DNA of 64,000 nt from positions 437,458-501,457 of the forward strand of contig JAUSGT010000002.1 in NCBI GenBank assembly GCA_030648835.1, read 5' to 3'. This DNA comes from Candidatus Moraniibacteriota bacterium. GTDB lineage: Bacteria > Patescibacteriota > Minisyncoccia > Moranbacterales > UBA1568. This document shows, piece by piece, positions 54,275 through 62,157 of this stretch; position 1 is the stretch's first letter; each line of letters starts with the position of its first letter. The notes beneath the pieces are model-generated. The model worked only from the letters and a program-made list of their open reading frames with translations. It was not told the origin of the DNA and did not search any database. The position numbers and the translations under genes are program-made.

Positions 54275-54562
54275 ATGTGGAATCCATTCAACAAAAATAA
54301 GGACGATAAAAAAGAAGAACTGCCGTCCATTCCCGGCATGCCTGATATGAAGGGTATGAATATGTTCCAGCGTTTCGCGATGCGCCGCTTGATGAAAATG
54401 AGTCCGGCTGATCGCGAGAAGGCGATGAAAAAAGCCCTGACTCCCAAGAATATAGAGAAAAACAAGGGTGAAATTCTCTCGTCACTGGAAGCGATGCGTA
54501 AAGCCGGACAGATTTCCGATGACCAATATAGGCTTACCAAAGCCAAATTGGGACTCAAATGA
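54275..54562 (+). CDS. Small protein with a SHOCT-like C-terminal motif
   Basis: EILSSLEAMRKAGQISDDQYRLTKAKLGL resembles the SHOCT short C-terminal domain. Weak. Confidence 0.3.
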   Translation: MWNPFNKNKDDKKEELPSIPGMPDMKGMNMFQRFAMRRLMKMSPADREKAMKKALTPKNIEKNKGEILSSLEAMRKAGQISDDQYRLTKAKLGLK

Positions 54563-54604
54563 TAGCTGTCGATCGAAGAGGCAAAGGATCTTAAACAAAA
54601 AAAT

Positions 54605-55795
54605 ATGTCATCCAAAGAACAAAAAATTGAGGAGCTCTTGACGCGCGGTGTCGCGGAAGTGATTGACCGGACTCACCTGAAAGAGCGTTTGCTGGAAGGC
54701 ACTTCGCTTCGTATCAAACTTGGCATCGACCCGACCAGCTCGCACATTCATCTCGGTCGGGCGGTGGTGCTACTCAAGTTGCGTGATTTTCAGGAACTTG
54801 GGCATAAAATTGTCCTTATTGTCGGTGATTTTACCGGTGTGATCGGCGATGCTTCCGACAAGGAAAGTGAACGACCGATGCTTTCCACTCGGGAAGTTGA
54901 GAAAAATATGAAGACCTATACCGAACAGATAGGACGTATCATCGATCTTGACAAAGCCGAGGTGCGTTACAACTCTGTCTGGCTCACGGAGCTCGGGTAC
55001 GAAGAAATTGGCATGCAAGCCAACGCGTTTTCGCTGGCCGAATTTATCGGGAGGGAGAATATCAAAAAGCGTCTGGATGAAGGCAAGCGTGTGTCACTGC
55101 GTGAAGTATTGTATCCTTTGATGCAGGGGTATGACAGTATCGCCGTCAATGCCGATGTGGAGTTGGGTGGTACCGACCAACGTTTCAATTTGCTCTCCGG
55201 GCGGCGCCTTCAGGAAGCCCACGGCCAAAAAGCGCAGGATATTCTCATGACGGATCTTATTTTGGGCACGGATGGACGCAAGATGAGTTCGTCCTGGGGG
55301 AATACAATCAATCTCCTCGATACGCCTGATGATATGTTCGGCAAGGTGATGAGCATCCCCGATGAACTGATAGTGAGTTATTTTGTACACTGTACGCGTC
55401 TGGTAATCAGTGAAGTGAAGAAGATGGAAACAGCGCTTGCGGATGGCACCAACCCACGCGATGTCAAAGTGAAATTAGCCAAAGAAATAGTGGCGCTCTA
55501 TCACAGCGCCAAAGAAGCAGCCAAAGCGGAAACGTATTTTGTAGAAACATTTTCCAAGGGATATGTGCCACAGAATGTCCGTGAAGTCAGAACAAAGAAG
55601 GGTGTGAAGCTTGTTGATATGCTGACGGAGACTCATCTGGCAAAGAGTAAGTCGGACGCGCGGCGAAAGATCGAACAAGGCGGAGTGGAAATCGCCGATG
55701 AAAGAATCAGGGATGTGAACGCGAAAATGGAAGAGCGCTTTGATAAACAAGTGATGCGTGTCGGCAAAAAAGACTTCGTGAGAATCGTGTACTGA
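54605..55795 (+). CDS. tyrS: Tyrosyl-tRNA synthetase (class I, with a C-terminal S4-like domain)
   Basis: HIGH-like SHIHLGR, GGTDQ, a KMSSS (KMSKS) motif and a C-terminal S4-like RNA-binding segment (KSKSDARRKIEQGGVEI). Confidence 0.8.
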   Translation: MSSKEQKIEELLTRGVAEVIDRTHLKERLLEGTSLRIKLGIDPTSSHIHLGRAVVLLKLRDFQELGHKIVLIVGDFTGVIGDASDKESERPMLSTREVEKNMKTYTEQIGRIIDLDKAEVRYNSVWLTELGYEEIGMQANAFSLAEFIGRENIKKRLDEGKRVSLREVLYPLMQGYDSIAVNADVELGGTDQRFNLLSGRRLQEAHGQKAQDILMTDLILGTDGRKMSSSWGNTINLLDTPDDMFGKVMSIPDELIVSYFVHCTRLVISEVKKMETALADGTNPRDVKVKLAKEIVALYHSAKEAAKAETYFVETFSKGYVPQNVREVRTKKGVKLVDMLTETHLAKSKSDARRKIEQGGVEIADERIRDVNAKMEERFDKQVMRVGKKDFVRIVY

Positions 55796-55802
55796 CGAAC
55801 GT

Positions 55803-56375
55803 ATGCTCTTTTCCGATGCTACTATCCGGTCTTTGCGTGAAGGGAAGCTAACGGTCATCCCCACGGATACACTGTATGGCATTGTGTGTAGCGCGCGCGA
55901 TAAGGAAGCGGTAGAAAAACTTTACCGTATCCGCGGACGTGATACGACAAAACCGTGCATCATTCTTCTTGCGGATATTTCCGGACTCAGGGAGTTCGGT
56001 ATTGTTTTGAGCAAGACTGATGAAAAAGTTTTGAACGAACACTGGCCGGGGAAGGTCAGTGTTGTTTTTGATTGTGCTTTTGAATATGCCGAAGCATGGG
56101 CGTATTTGCACCGGGGGACCAAGACGCTGGCCTTCCGTGTTCCCGATGATGAAGAGTTACAGAGTCTCCTCCGTAGCATCGGACCGCTTTTGGCTCCCAG
56201 CGCCAATATGGAGGGACAGTCGCCCGCTCATACTGTCGCGGATGCGAAAGCTTTTTTCGGTGATCAAATCACGGTGTATGTGGATGGCGGATACCGTGAC
56301 AGTCTTCCGTCGACCGTGGCGCGTTTGCGAAACGGTGTTTGGGAAGTGTTGCGTGAAGGGGCTACAGAACTTTGA
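55803..56375 (+). CDS. tsaC: L-threonylcarbamoyladenylate synthase (YrdC/TsaC family)
   Basis: VIPTDTLYGIV...KPCIILL...SANMEGQSP are YrdC-family motifs. Confidence 0.8.
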   Translation: MLFSDATIRSLREGKLTVIPTDTLYGIVCSARDKEAVEKLYRIRGRDTTKPCIILLADISGLREFGIVLSKTDEKVLNEHWPGKVSVVFDCAFEYAEAWAYLHRGTKTLAFRVPDDEELQSLLRSIGPLLAPSANMEGQSPAHTVADAKAFFGDQITVYVDGGYRDSLPSTVARLRNGVWEVLREGATEL

Positions 56376-56426
56376 CCTTGAAGGCAATTTTCGCTACAAT
56401 GAAGCCATTACTGAAATAATCATCCT

Positions 56427-57467
56427 ATGCTGTCAGAAAAAATAATCGGCATTCAAAAAGAAGGTGAGAGAGCACTGTCATCCATCAAAACAATGGCGGA
56501 ATTAGAGATGTGGGAAGTGAAGTATCTTGGCCGAAAAAGCGAACTTTCCGAAATATTGAAGGGGCTGAAGGATCTCGCTTCGGAAGAGAAGCGTGTCGTG
56601 GGTCCGCTCGGCAACGCCGCCAAGGAATCTCTGATGAAGGCCTTTGAGGAGACCAAGGAAACACTTTTTGAAAACAGTATCGATTGGGAGAGAGAGCGTA
56701 TCGATGTGACAGCCCCCGGCACGGCAGTACCTCGTGGGCATTTGCATCCTATTACTCTTGTAGAACAGCAAATTGAAGATATTTTTGTCAGTTTGGGTTT
56801 TACGGTGGTGGATGGTCCGGAAGTGGATAAAGAGTGGTACAACTTTGACGCCTTGAACATCCCCAGAGATCATCCTGCGCGGGATATGCAGGATACTTTT
56901 TGGATTAAGGGTGAAGAAAAAAACAAAGATCGGTACTTGCCCCGTACGCATACATCCAATGTTCAAGTCAGGTATATGGAAGCGCATACACCGCCACTGC
57001 GCATCATTATTCCCGGACGTATTTTTCGCAATGAAGCCACCGACGCTTCCCATGAACACACTTTTCATCAATTCGAATGTCTGATGGTGGACAAAGAAGG
57101 AGTTGTCAGCGTAGCGACATTCAAGCATATCGCGGAAACGTTTTTCAGTCAGTTTTTCGGAAAGAAAGTACGCATCCGTTTGCGACCGAGTTTTTTCCCG
57201 TTTACCGAGCCTTCTTTCGAGTTTGATATCAACTGTATCCTCTGCGACGGCAAGGGCTGTCCGGTGTGCAAACAGGCGGGGTGGTTGGAAATCGGCGGCG
57301 CCGGTATGGTAAACCAAAAAGTGTTCGAAGCAGCCGGGTATCCGCGCGGGAAGTATCAGGGTTTCGCTTGGGGTTTCGGTGTGACGCGTCTGGCAATGAT
57401 GAAATACAAGATTACTGACATCCGCCTTATGATGAGCGGCGATTTGAGATTTATCAGACAGTTTTAG
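56427..57467 (+). CDS. pheS: Phenylalanyl-tRNA synthetase alpha subunit
   Basis: Class II motifs including NIPRDHPARDMQDTFWI and GAGMV. Confidence 0.9.
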   Translation: MLSEKIIGIQKEGERALSSIKTMAELEMWEVKYLGRKSELSEILKGLKDLASEEKRVVGPLGNAAKESLMKAFEETKETLFENSIDWERERIDVTAPGTAVPRGHLHPITLVEQQIEDIFVSLGFTVVDGPEVDKEWYNFDALNIPRDHPARDMQDTFWIKGEEKNKDRYLPRTHTSNVQVRYMEAHTPPLRIIIPGRIFRNEATDASHEHTFHQFECLMVDKEGVVSVATFKHIAETFFSQFFGKKVRIRLRPSFFPFTEPSFEFDINCILCDGKGCPVCKQAGWLEIGGAGMVNQKVFEAAGYPRGKYQGFAWGFGVTRLAMMKYKITDIRLMMSGDLRFIRQF

Positions 57468-57474
57468 CTCTTAT

Positions 57475-57541
57475 GTCATTCCGAACAGAGTGAGGAATCT
57501 CGTAAAATTTTGACGAGATCCTTCGCTCCACTCAGGATGAC
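57475..57541 (+). repeat. R2: copy of the ~70-nt imperfect hairpin repeat in the pheS-pheT intergenic region
   Basis: GTCATTCCGAACAGAGTGAGGAATCTCG, loop, CGAGATCCTTCGCTCCACTCAGGATGAC. The arms pair over ~28 positions, including G·U-compatible mismatches. Confidence 0.7.
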
Positions 57542-57551
57542 TGACAAAATT

Positions 57552-59939
57552 ATGAAATATTCCTACAATTGGCTGAAAGAATTATCCGGGACCAAGAAGT
57601 CGCCACAGCAGTTGGCGGAGCTTTTGATGACGCACGCGTTTGAGGTGGAGAGCATCGAGAAATTTCAACATGGACTGGACGGTGTGGTAGTCGGAAAAGT
57701 TATGACTCTTGTCAAACATCCCAACGCAGACAAATTGAGAGTGGCGGAAATCGAGATAAAGAAAAATGATATCCGTCAGATCGTGTGCGGCGCGCCCAAT
57801 GTGGCCGTCGGACAGAAAGTGGCGGTGGCCTTGCCTGGTGTGAAATTATCTGGGATGGAAATAAAAGCAGTGGAAATTCGCGGAGTGGAGTCGCGCGGTA
57901 TGATCTGTTCGGCGAAAGAATTGAATCTCGGTGATGATCATACCGGTATTCTCGTTCTATCGAGTGATACGCCGATTGGTGTTTCATTCGTAGAATATTT
58001 TGGTCTGGATGACAGTCTTATGGAAGTGAAGATTCTTCCGGATCGCGGATCGGATGCGCTCTCGTATCAAGGTTTAGCTCGTGAAATTGCCGCTCTGGAT
58101 GGAGTTTCTCCACGTTTTTTGAGTGAACGGTCAAAACCGATTAAAGCTTCTTCGTCCAATCGTGCTTCACAGGTAGTGATTGACGACAAGCGGGGGTGTC
58201 TACGGTATGTCGGTATCGCGTTTGAAAATATCGCCGTAGGAGAGTCACCGCTTTGGCTCAAAGTGCGACTGCTTCTTTCCGGTTTGCGTCCTATCAACAA
58301 TATCGTTGACGCGACCAACTACCTGATGCTCCTTACCGGTCAGCCGATGCACGCGTTTGATATGGATCAGTTAACCGGTAGCGTGACGATTCGCCGGGCG
58401 AAGAAAGATGAGCGATTGATGCTTCTCACGGGAGAAACCAAAACTCTTTCTCCGGAAGATCTCGTTATTGCCGATGAAAAAGGGCCAGTAGCGCTGGCCG
58501 GAGTGATGGGTGGAGCTGCTTCCTCCGTGACGGAAAAAACGAAAAATATATTTTTGGAAATCGCCACGTTTGATGCTACCGTGATTCGTCGCACAAAGAC
58601 GCGTTACAACCTCTTGACTGATGCCGGTTATCGTTTCGAGCGAGGCTTGGATCCAAACCTACCCGGAGTAGCGGCGCAGGAGGCAGCCTCTCTTGTCCAT
58701 TCTTTGACTGGTGGAATTATGCTTGGGATGCGTGATATATATCCGAAAGTAGCCAAAGAAGTGAAAATCAAGTTGTCGCTCCTTCGTGTGGAAAATGTTT
58801 TGGGGAGAGAGATCTCTATCGTGGAGGCGGGAAAATATCTTACACTTTTGGGATTGACGGTAAAGAAATCGGCCAATAAAAAAATTCTCGATGTGATCGT
58901 GCCGACGCGTCGTCCGGATCTCTGTGATGAGTGGGATTTGATTGAAGAGATCGGTCGGATGTACGGATACGAAAAAATTGTTTCGGTCGCTCCGCTTCTG
59001 CCACTTCTCCCGACTGACGAAAATATGGAGAAAAATTTTGAACGGCGCGCCAAAGAATATCTTGTGCACAGCGGTTTTGATGAAATAATGACGTACTCGT
59101 TTTATGGAGAGAAGGAAGTGCGAGGGGCATTCCTACCGCTCGTATCTCATTTGGAGCTTGCCAATCCTCTCAGCCCCGATCAGAAATTTTTGCGTATGAC
59201 GCTCTTGCCTCTTTTGCTTCAGAAAGCCAAGGAAAATCTGCGGTCGTTTAATGCTTTTAATTTCTTCGAATGGGGGAGTGTTTTTGTGAAAGGTAAGGCG
59301 GGTGTACCGATTGAATTTAAATCTCTTGGGCTATTGACCATGCTGCAAGAAAAGAATATTAAAGGAGAAGCGTTCTCTCTTATGAAAGGACGAGTGCTGG
59401 CATTTTTTGAATCTTTGCATATCGATCAGGGAAAAATTTCTTGGGGATTGCCAAAGATGTTTCCGGACATTCCGGTTCTGGGTATGCTTCATCCGACGCG
59501 GAGTGCTGTTTTCGCGTATGACGGACAACCTTTTGGCGTTATAGGTGAAATCCATCCGAGAACCTTGAAAGCCTTTGATCTTCCGCCACGCGTTGCCGTA
59601 GCCGGGTTTGTCGCCGAGGAACTCAGGAAACTTCAAAAAAAAGAAATTCTTTTTACTCCGCTTCAAAAATTCCCTTTTGCCGTGCGTGATATTTCTCTTA
59701 CCTTTCCTCGCAAAGTGACCGTAAGCGAAGTTGAGCAGCTGCTACGCGAAGCCGGAGCGCCGCTTTTACAAAAATTCGAACTTTTTGATATTTACGATCA
59801 CGGAGAAGAAAAAAGTCTTGCGTTTCATCTCTTTTTTGGAGCGCCGGATAGGACGCTTGAAAGTCTTGAGATGGATACTGCTTTCGATAGGATAGTGGCT
59901 TTGGCAAAAGAGCGTTTTGAGGCTCGATTAAGGGATTAA
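57552..59939 (+). CDS. pheT: Phenylalanyl-tRNA synthetase beta subunit
   Basis: MKYSYNWLKE N-terminus, then tRNA-binding, B3/B4, B5 and FDX-ACB-like regions. The track ORF begins at 57510; the ATG at 57552 matches the canonical start. Confidence 0.9.
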   Translation: MKYSYNWLKELSGTKKSPQQLAELLMTHAFEVESIEKFQHGLDGVVVGKVMTLVKHPNADKLRVAEIEIKKNDIRQIVCGAPNVAVGQKVAVALPGVKLSGMEIKAVEIRGVESRGMICSAKELNLGDDHTGILVLSSDTPIGVSFVEYFGLDDSLMEVKILPDRGSDALSYQGLAREIAALDGVSPRFLSERSKPIKASSSNRASQVVIDDKRGCLRYVGIAFENIAVGESPLWLKVRLLLSGLRPINNIVDATNYLMLLTGQPMHAFDMDQLTGSVTIRRAKKDERLMLLTGETKTLSPEDLVIADEKGPVALAGVMGGAASSVTEKTKNIFLEIATFDATVIRRTKTRYNLLTDAGYRFERGLDPNLPGVAAQEAASLVHSLTGGIMLGMRDIYPKVAKEVKIKLSLLRVENVLGREISIVEAGKYLTLLGLTVKKSANKKILDVIVPTRRPDLCDEWDLIEEIGRMYGYEKIVSVAPLLPLLPTDENMEKNFERRAKEYLVHSGFDEIMTYSFYGEKEVRGAFLPLVSHLELANPLSPDQKFLRMTLLPLLLQKAKENLRSFNAFNFFEWGSVFVKGKAGVPIEFKSLGLLTMLQEKNIKGEAFSLMKGRVLAFFESLHIDQGKISWGLPKMFPDIPVLGMLHPTRSAVFAYDGQPFGVIGEIHPRTLKAFDLPPRVAVAGFVAEELRKLQKKEILFTPLQKFPFAVRDISLTFPRKVTVSEVEQLLREAGAPLLQKFELFDIYDHGEEKSLAFHLFFGAPDRTLESLEMDTAFDRIVALAKERFEARLRD

Positions 59940-59981
59940 TGGCTAGTGAGTATTGATTTTTGTAGCGAAATGTGCTATAAA

Positions 59982-60048
59982 GTCATTCTGAGTGAAATGA
60001 AGAATCCCGATATATTTCAACGAGACTCTTCGCTGCGCTCGGAGCGAC
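59982..60048 (+). repeat. R3: degenerate copy of the hairpin repeat between pheT and rnpB
   Basis: GTCATTCTGAGTGAAATGAAGAATCCCG...CGAGACTCTTCGCTGCGCTCGGAGCGAC. The blocks are in the same order as R1 and R2 but the arm complementarity is weaker. Confidence 0.5.
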
Positions 60049-60077
60049 ACTGTGTGTCGGTTTCTCGTTCTTTCCCA

Positions 60078-60482
60078 AAACAGATCAGATTGTCGCGCGA
60101 CTGCCTCTTTTGAGAGGCGGAGTGAGGAAAGTCCGGACACTCGCCAATTTTGTCTGCTCTCTGCATTATATGGAGCTATAGGGGCTTTAGTGTTTGGAGC
60201 AGACAAAATTGGCAGCAGGGTAGTGGGTAATTCCCATCTCTCGCCTTTGGCGGGATGAGGTGCGAGCAGTGACGCCAATGTCGAAAGGCAAAGGATTCCT
60301 TCGGGAATAAGTCTGTCGAAAGGCAGAAGTGAAACGGCTAAATCCTTACTTGAGTGCAAGGTCGTGCCCCGAGCAATCGGGGAGAACCGCAAAGATTTTG
60401 TCGGTAACGGCGAAGCAAGAGAAATGACAGTCGCCCTGAGAGAAATCAAAGGGGACAGAATCCGGCTTATACATCTGTTTTG
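60078..60482 (+). ncRNA. rnpB: RNase P RNA (bacterial type A-like)
   Basis: The P4 5' strand GAGGAAAGTCCGGAC and the P4 3' strand GGGACAGAATCCGGCTTAT. P1 pairs AAAACAGAT (60078-60086) with ATCTGTTTT (60472-60480). The P2 strands GCGACTG and CAGTCGC. The length (~400 nt) fits. Confidence 0.85.
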
Positions 60483-60502
60483 GGAAAAGATTGGAAGCAT
60501 CC

Positions 60503-60542
60503 GCTAGTGAAGCTATAGAAGCTAAAAGCTAACGAAGCTATA
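60503..60542 (+). repeat. AAGCTA-type short tandem repeat (GCTAGTGAAGCTATAGAAGCTAAAAGCTAACGAAGCTATA) 4 nt upstream of the sugar-transferase start codon
   Basis: Four units of NNGAAGCTA. Matches 49570-49600 with two mismatches over 28 nt. Confidence 0.6.
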
Positions 60543-60545
60543 ACC

Positions 60546-61973
60546 ATGAAACGTTCAGAAATATTTTTTAGCGCCATCCAAGTCCCGGTTGATTTTATGA
60601 TGATTCTTTTGGCGGCTGCGACCGCTTATTTCTTGCGCGGAATGCCACAGTTTCAGGCGTATGTTTCCCGGGTATTCAATCTGTCGTTTGACGACTATAT
60701 CCGTTTCGCTCTGACGGTGGCTCCGTTTTTTCTCCTTATTTTGGCGGTGGAGGGACTCTACAGTATGCGCTCTACGCGACGTTTCTGGCAGGAAGCCTAT
60801 GGCGTGATGAAATCCATCACCTTTGGACTGATTATCCTCATCATTGCCGTGTTTCTCAATCGTGAATGGTTCTCTTCGCGCTTTGTCATCCTGGTCGGAT
60901 GGATGCTCGCGGTATTTTATGTCGTAGTAGCCCGTTATATCATTCAGCGTATCCAGAAGTGGCTTCTCATCCATAAGGGAACGGGCATACACCGCGTGCT
61001 TCTCATCGGATACAACGACAAGATGCAGAAAATGAAAAGTTTTCTTACGAGAAACAAAGAACTCGGTTATCGTGTGGTGGATCAGATTGATGACGCCAGC
61101 ATCTCGCATATCAAAAATATCCGTGAGGCCCGTGGCATCGATGAAATCATTATCGGCGATCCATCTATGACCGATGACGAGCAGGCCAAGCTGTTCGACT
61201 ACTGCCAGATAAACAATATTCTCTATCGCTATTTCCCGACTGCCCTACAGACCACGCATTTTTCGATGCAGATCTGGAATGGCGAACCAATTATTGAATT
61301 CGAGCACACGCCGCTTGACGGATGGGGTAGGGTGCTGAAGAGAATCTACGATCTCGTGGCCGGTTTTATTTTGACCGTGCTTTTTTCACCTATCATGCTT
61401 ATTATCGCGCTTTGTATCAAGTTTGAGGACTCGGACGGGCCGATTATCTACAAAAATGAGCGTATCGGCGAGAACGGCAAGAAATTTTTTGCTTACAAAT
61501 TCCGCTATATGCAGTGGAAATATTGTATTACCAAGGAAAATCCAAATTTGAAGGAAGCTATGCAATTTGAAAAAGAGCTTATCGAGGAGCGGAATGTTCG
61601 CAAGGGCGATATACTGTACAAAATCAAAGATGACCCGCGCAAAATGAAAATAGGCGCTCTTATTGAGCGTTTTTCCCTCGATGAATTGCCGCAGTTTTTC
61701 AACGTTCTGAAAGGCGAGATGAGTCTGGTGGGGCCGCGCCCGCATCAGGAGCGCGAAGTTGATCGTTACTCGGAATATCATCGTCGCTTGCTCACGATTC
61801 GCCCGGGTGTCACCGGGATGGCGCAGATTTCCGGACGTTCCGATCTGGCGTTCGAAGACGAATACCACTTGGATGTTTTCTATATCGAGAATTGGTCGCT
61901 GTGGTTGGATATCGTCATCTGTCTCAAGACCGCCAAAGTCCTGCTCCGCCGTCGCAAGAACAACGGAAAGTAA
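60546..61973 (+). CDS. Polyprenyl-phosphate glycosyl-1-phosphate transferase (bacterial sugar transferase, WbaP/WcaJ family)
   Basis: N-terminal TM helices and the C-terminal catalytic domain with VGPRPHQEREV and RPGVTGMAQISGRSDL motifs. Confidence 0.85.
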   Translation: MKRSEIFFSAIQVPVDFMMILLAAATAYFLRGMPQFQAYVSRVFNLSFDDYIRFALTVAPFFLLILAVEGLYSMRSTRRFWQEAYGVMKSITFGLIILIIAVFLNREWFSSRFVILVGWMLAVFYVVVARYIIQRIQKWLLIHKGTGIHRVLLIGYNDKMQKMKSFLTRNKELGYRVVDQIDDASISHIKNIREARGIDEIIIGDPSMTDDEQAKLFDYCQINNILYRYFPTALQTTHFSMQIWNGEPIIEFEHTPLDGWGRVLKRIYDLVAGFILTVLFSPIMLIIALCIKFEDSDGPIIYKNERIGENGKKFFAYKFRYMQWKYCITKENPNLKEAMQFEKELIEERNVRKGDILYKIKDDPRKMKIGALIERFSLDELPQFFNVLKGEMSLVGPRPHQEREVDRYSEYHRRLLTIRPGVTGMAQISGRSDLAFEDEYHLDVFYIENWSLWLDIVICLKTAKVLLRRRKNNGK

Positions 61974-62046
61974 AAATAGTTATATCTTACCTTACAGCGC
62001 TTTTACAGCGGTCCGACCGCTGTAAATATTAGGAAGACTCCCTGAA

Positions 62047-62075
62047 GTACAGGGAGTTTTTTTTATTTTTCTATT
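62047..62075 (+). terminator. Rho-independent terminator after the sugar-transferase gene
   Basis: ACTCCCTG-AAGTA-CAGGGAGT hairpin followed by a T8 run. It is preceded by another hairpin, ACAGCGGTC/GACCGCTGT. Confidence 0.65.
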
Positions 62076-62157
62076 TATTTTTTCTTGACAGAAAATCTTA
62101 TTTTTCTTTTTTATTTTTGGTATAATTCGAGAATAAGAAATTACTTATTACTTTTTT

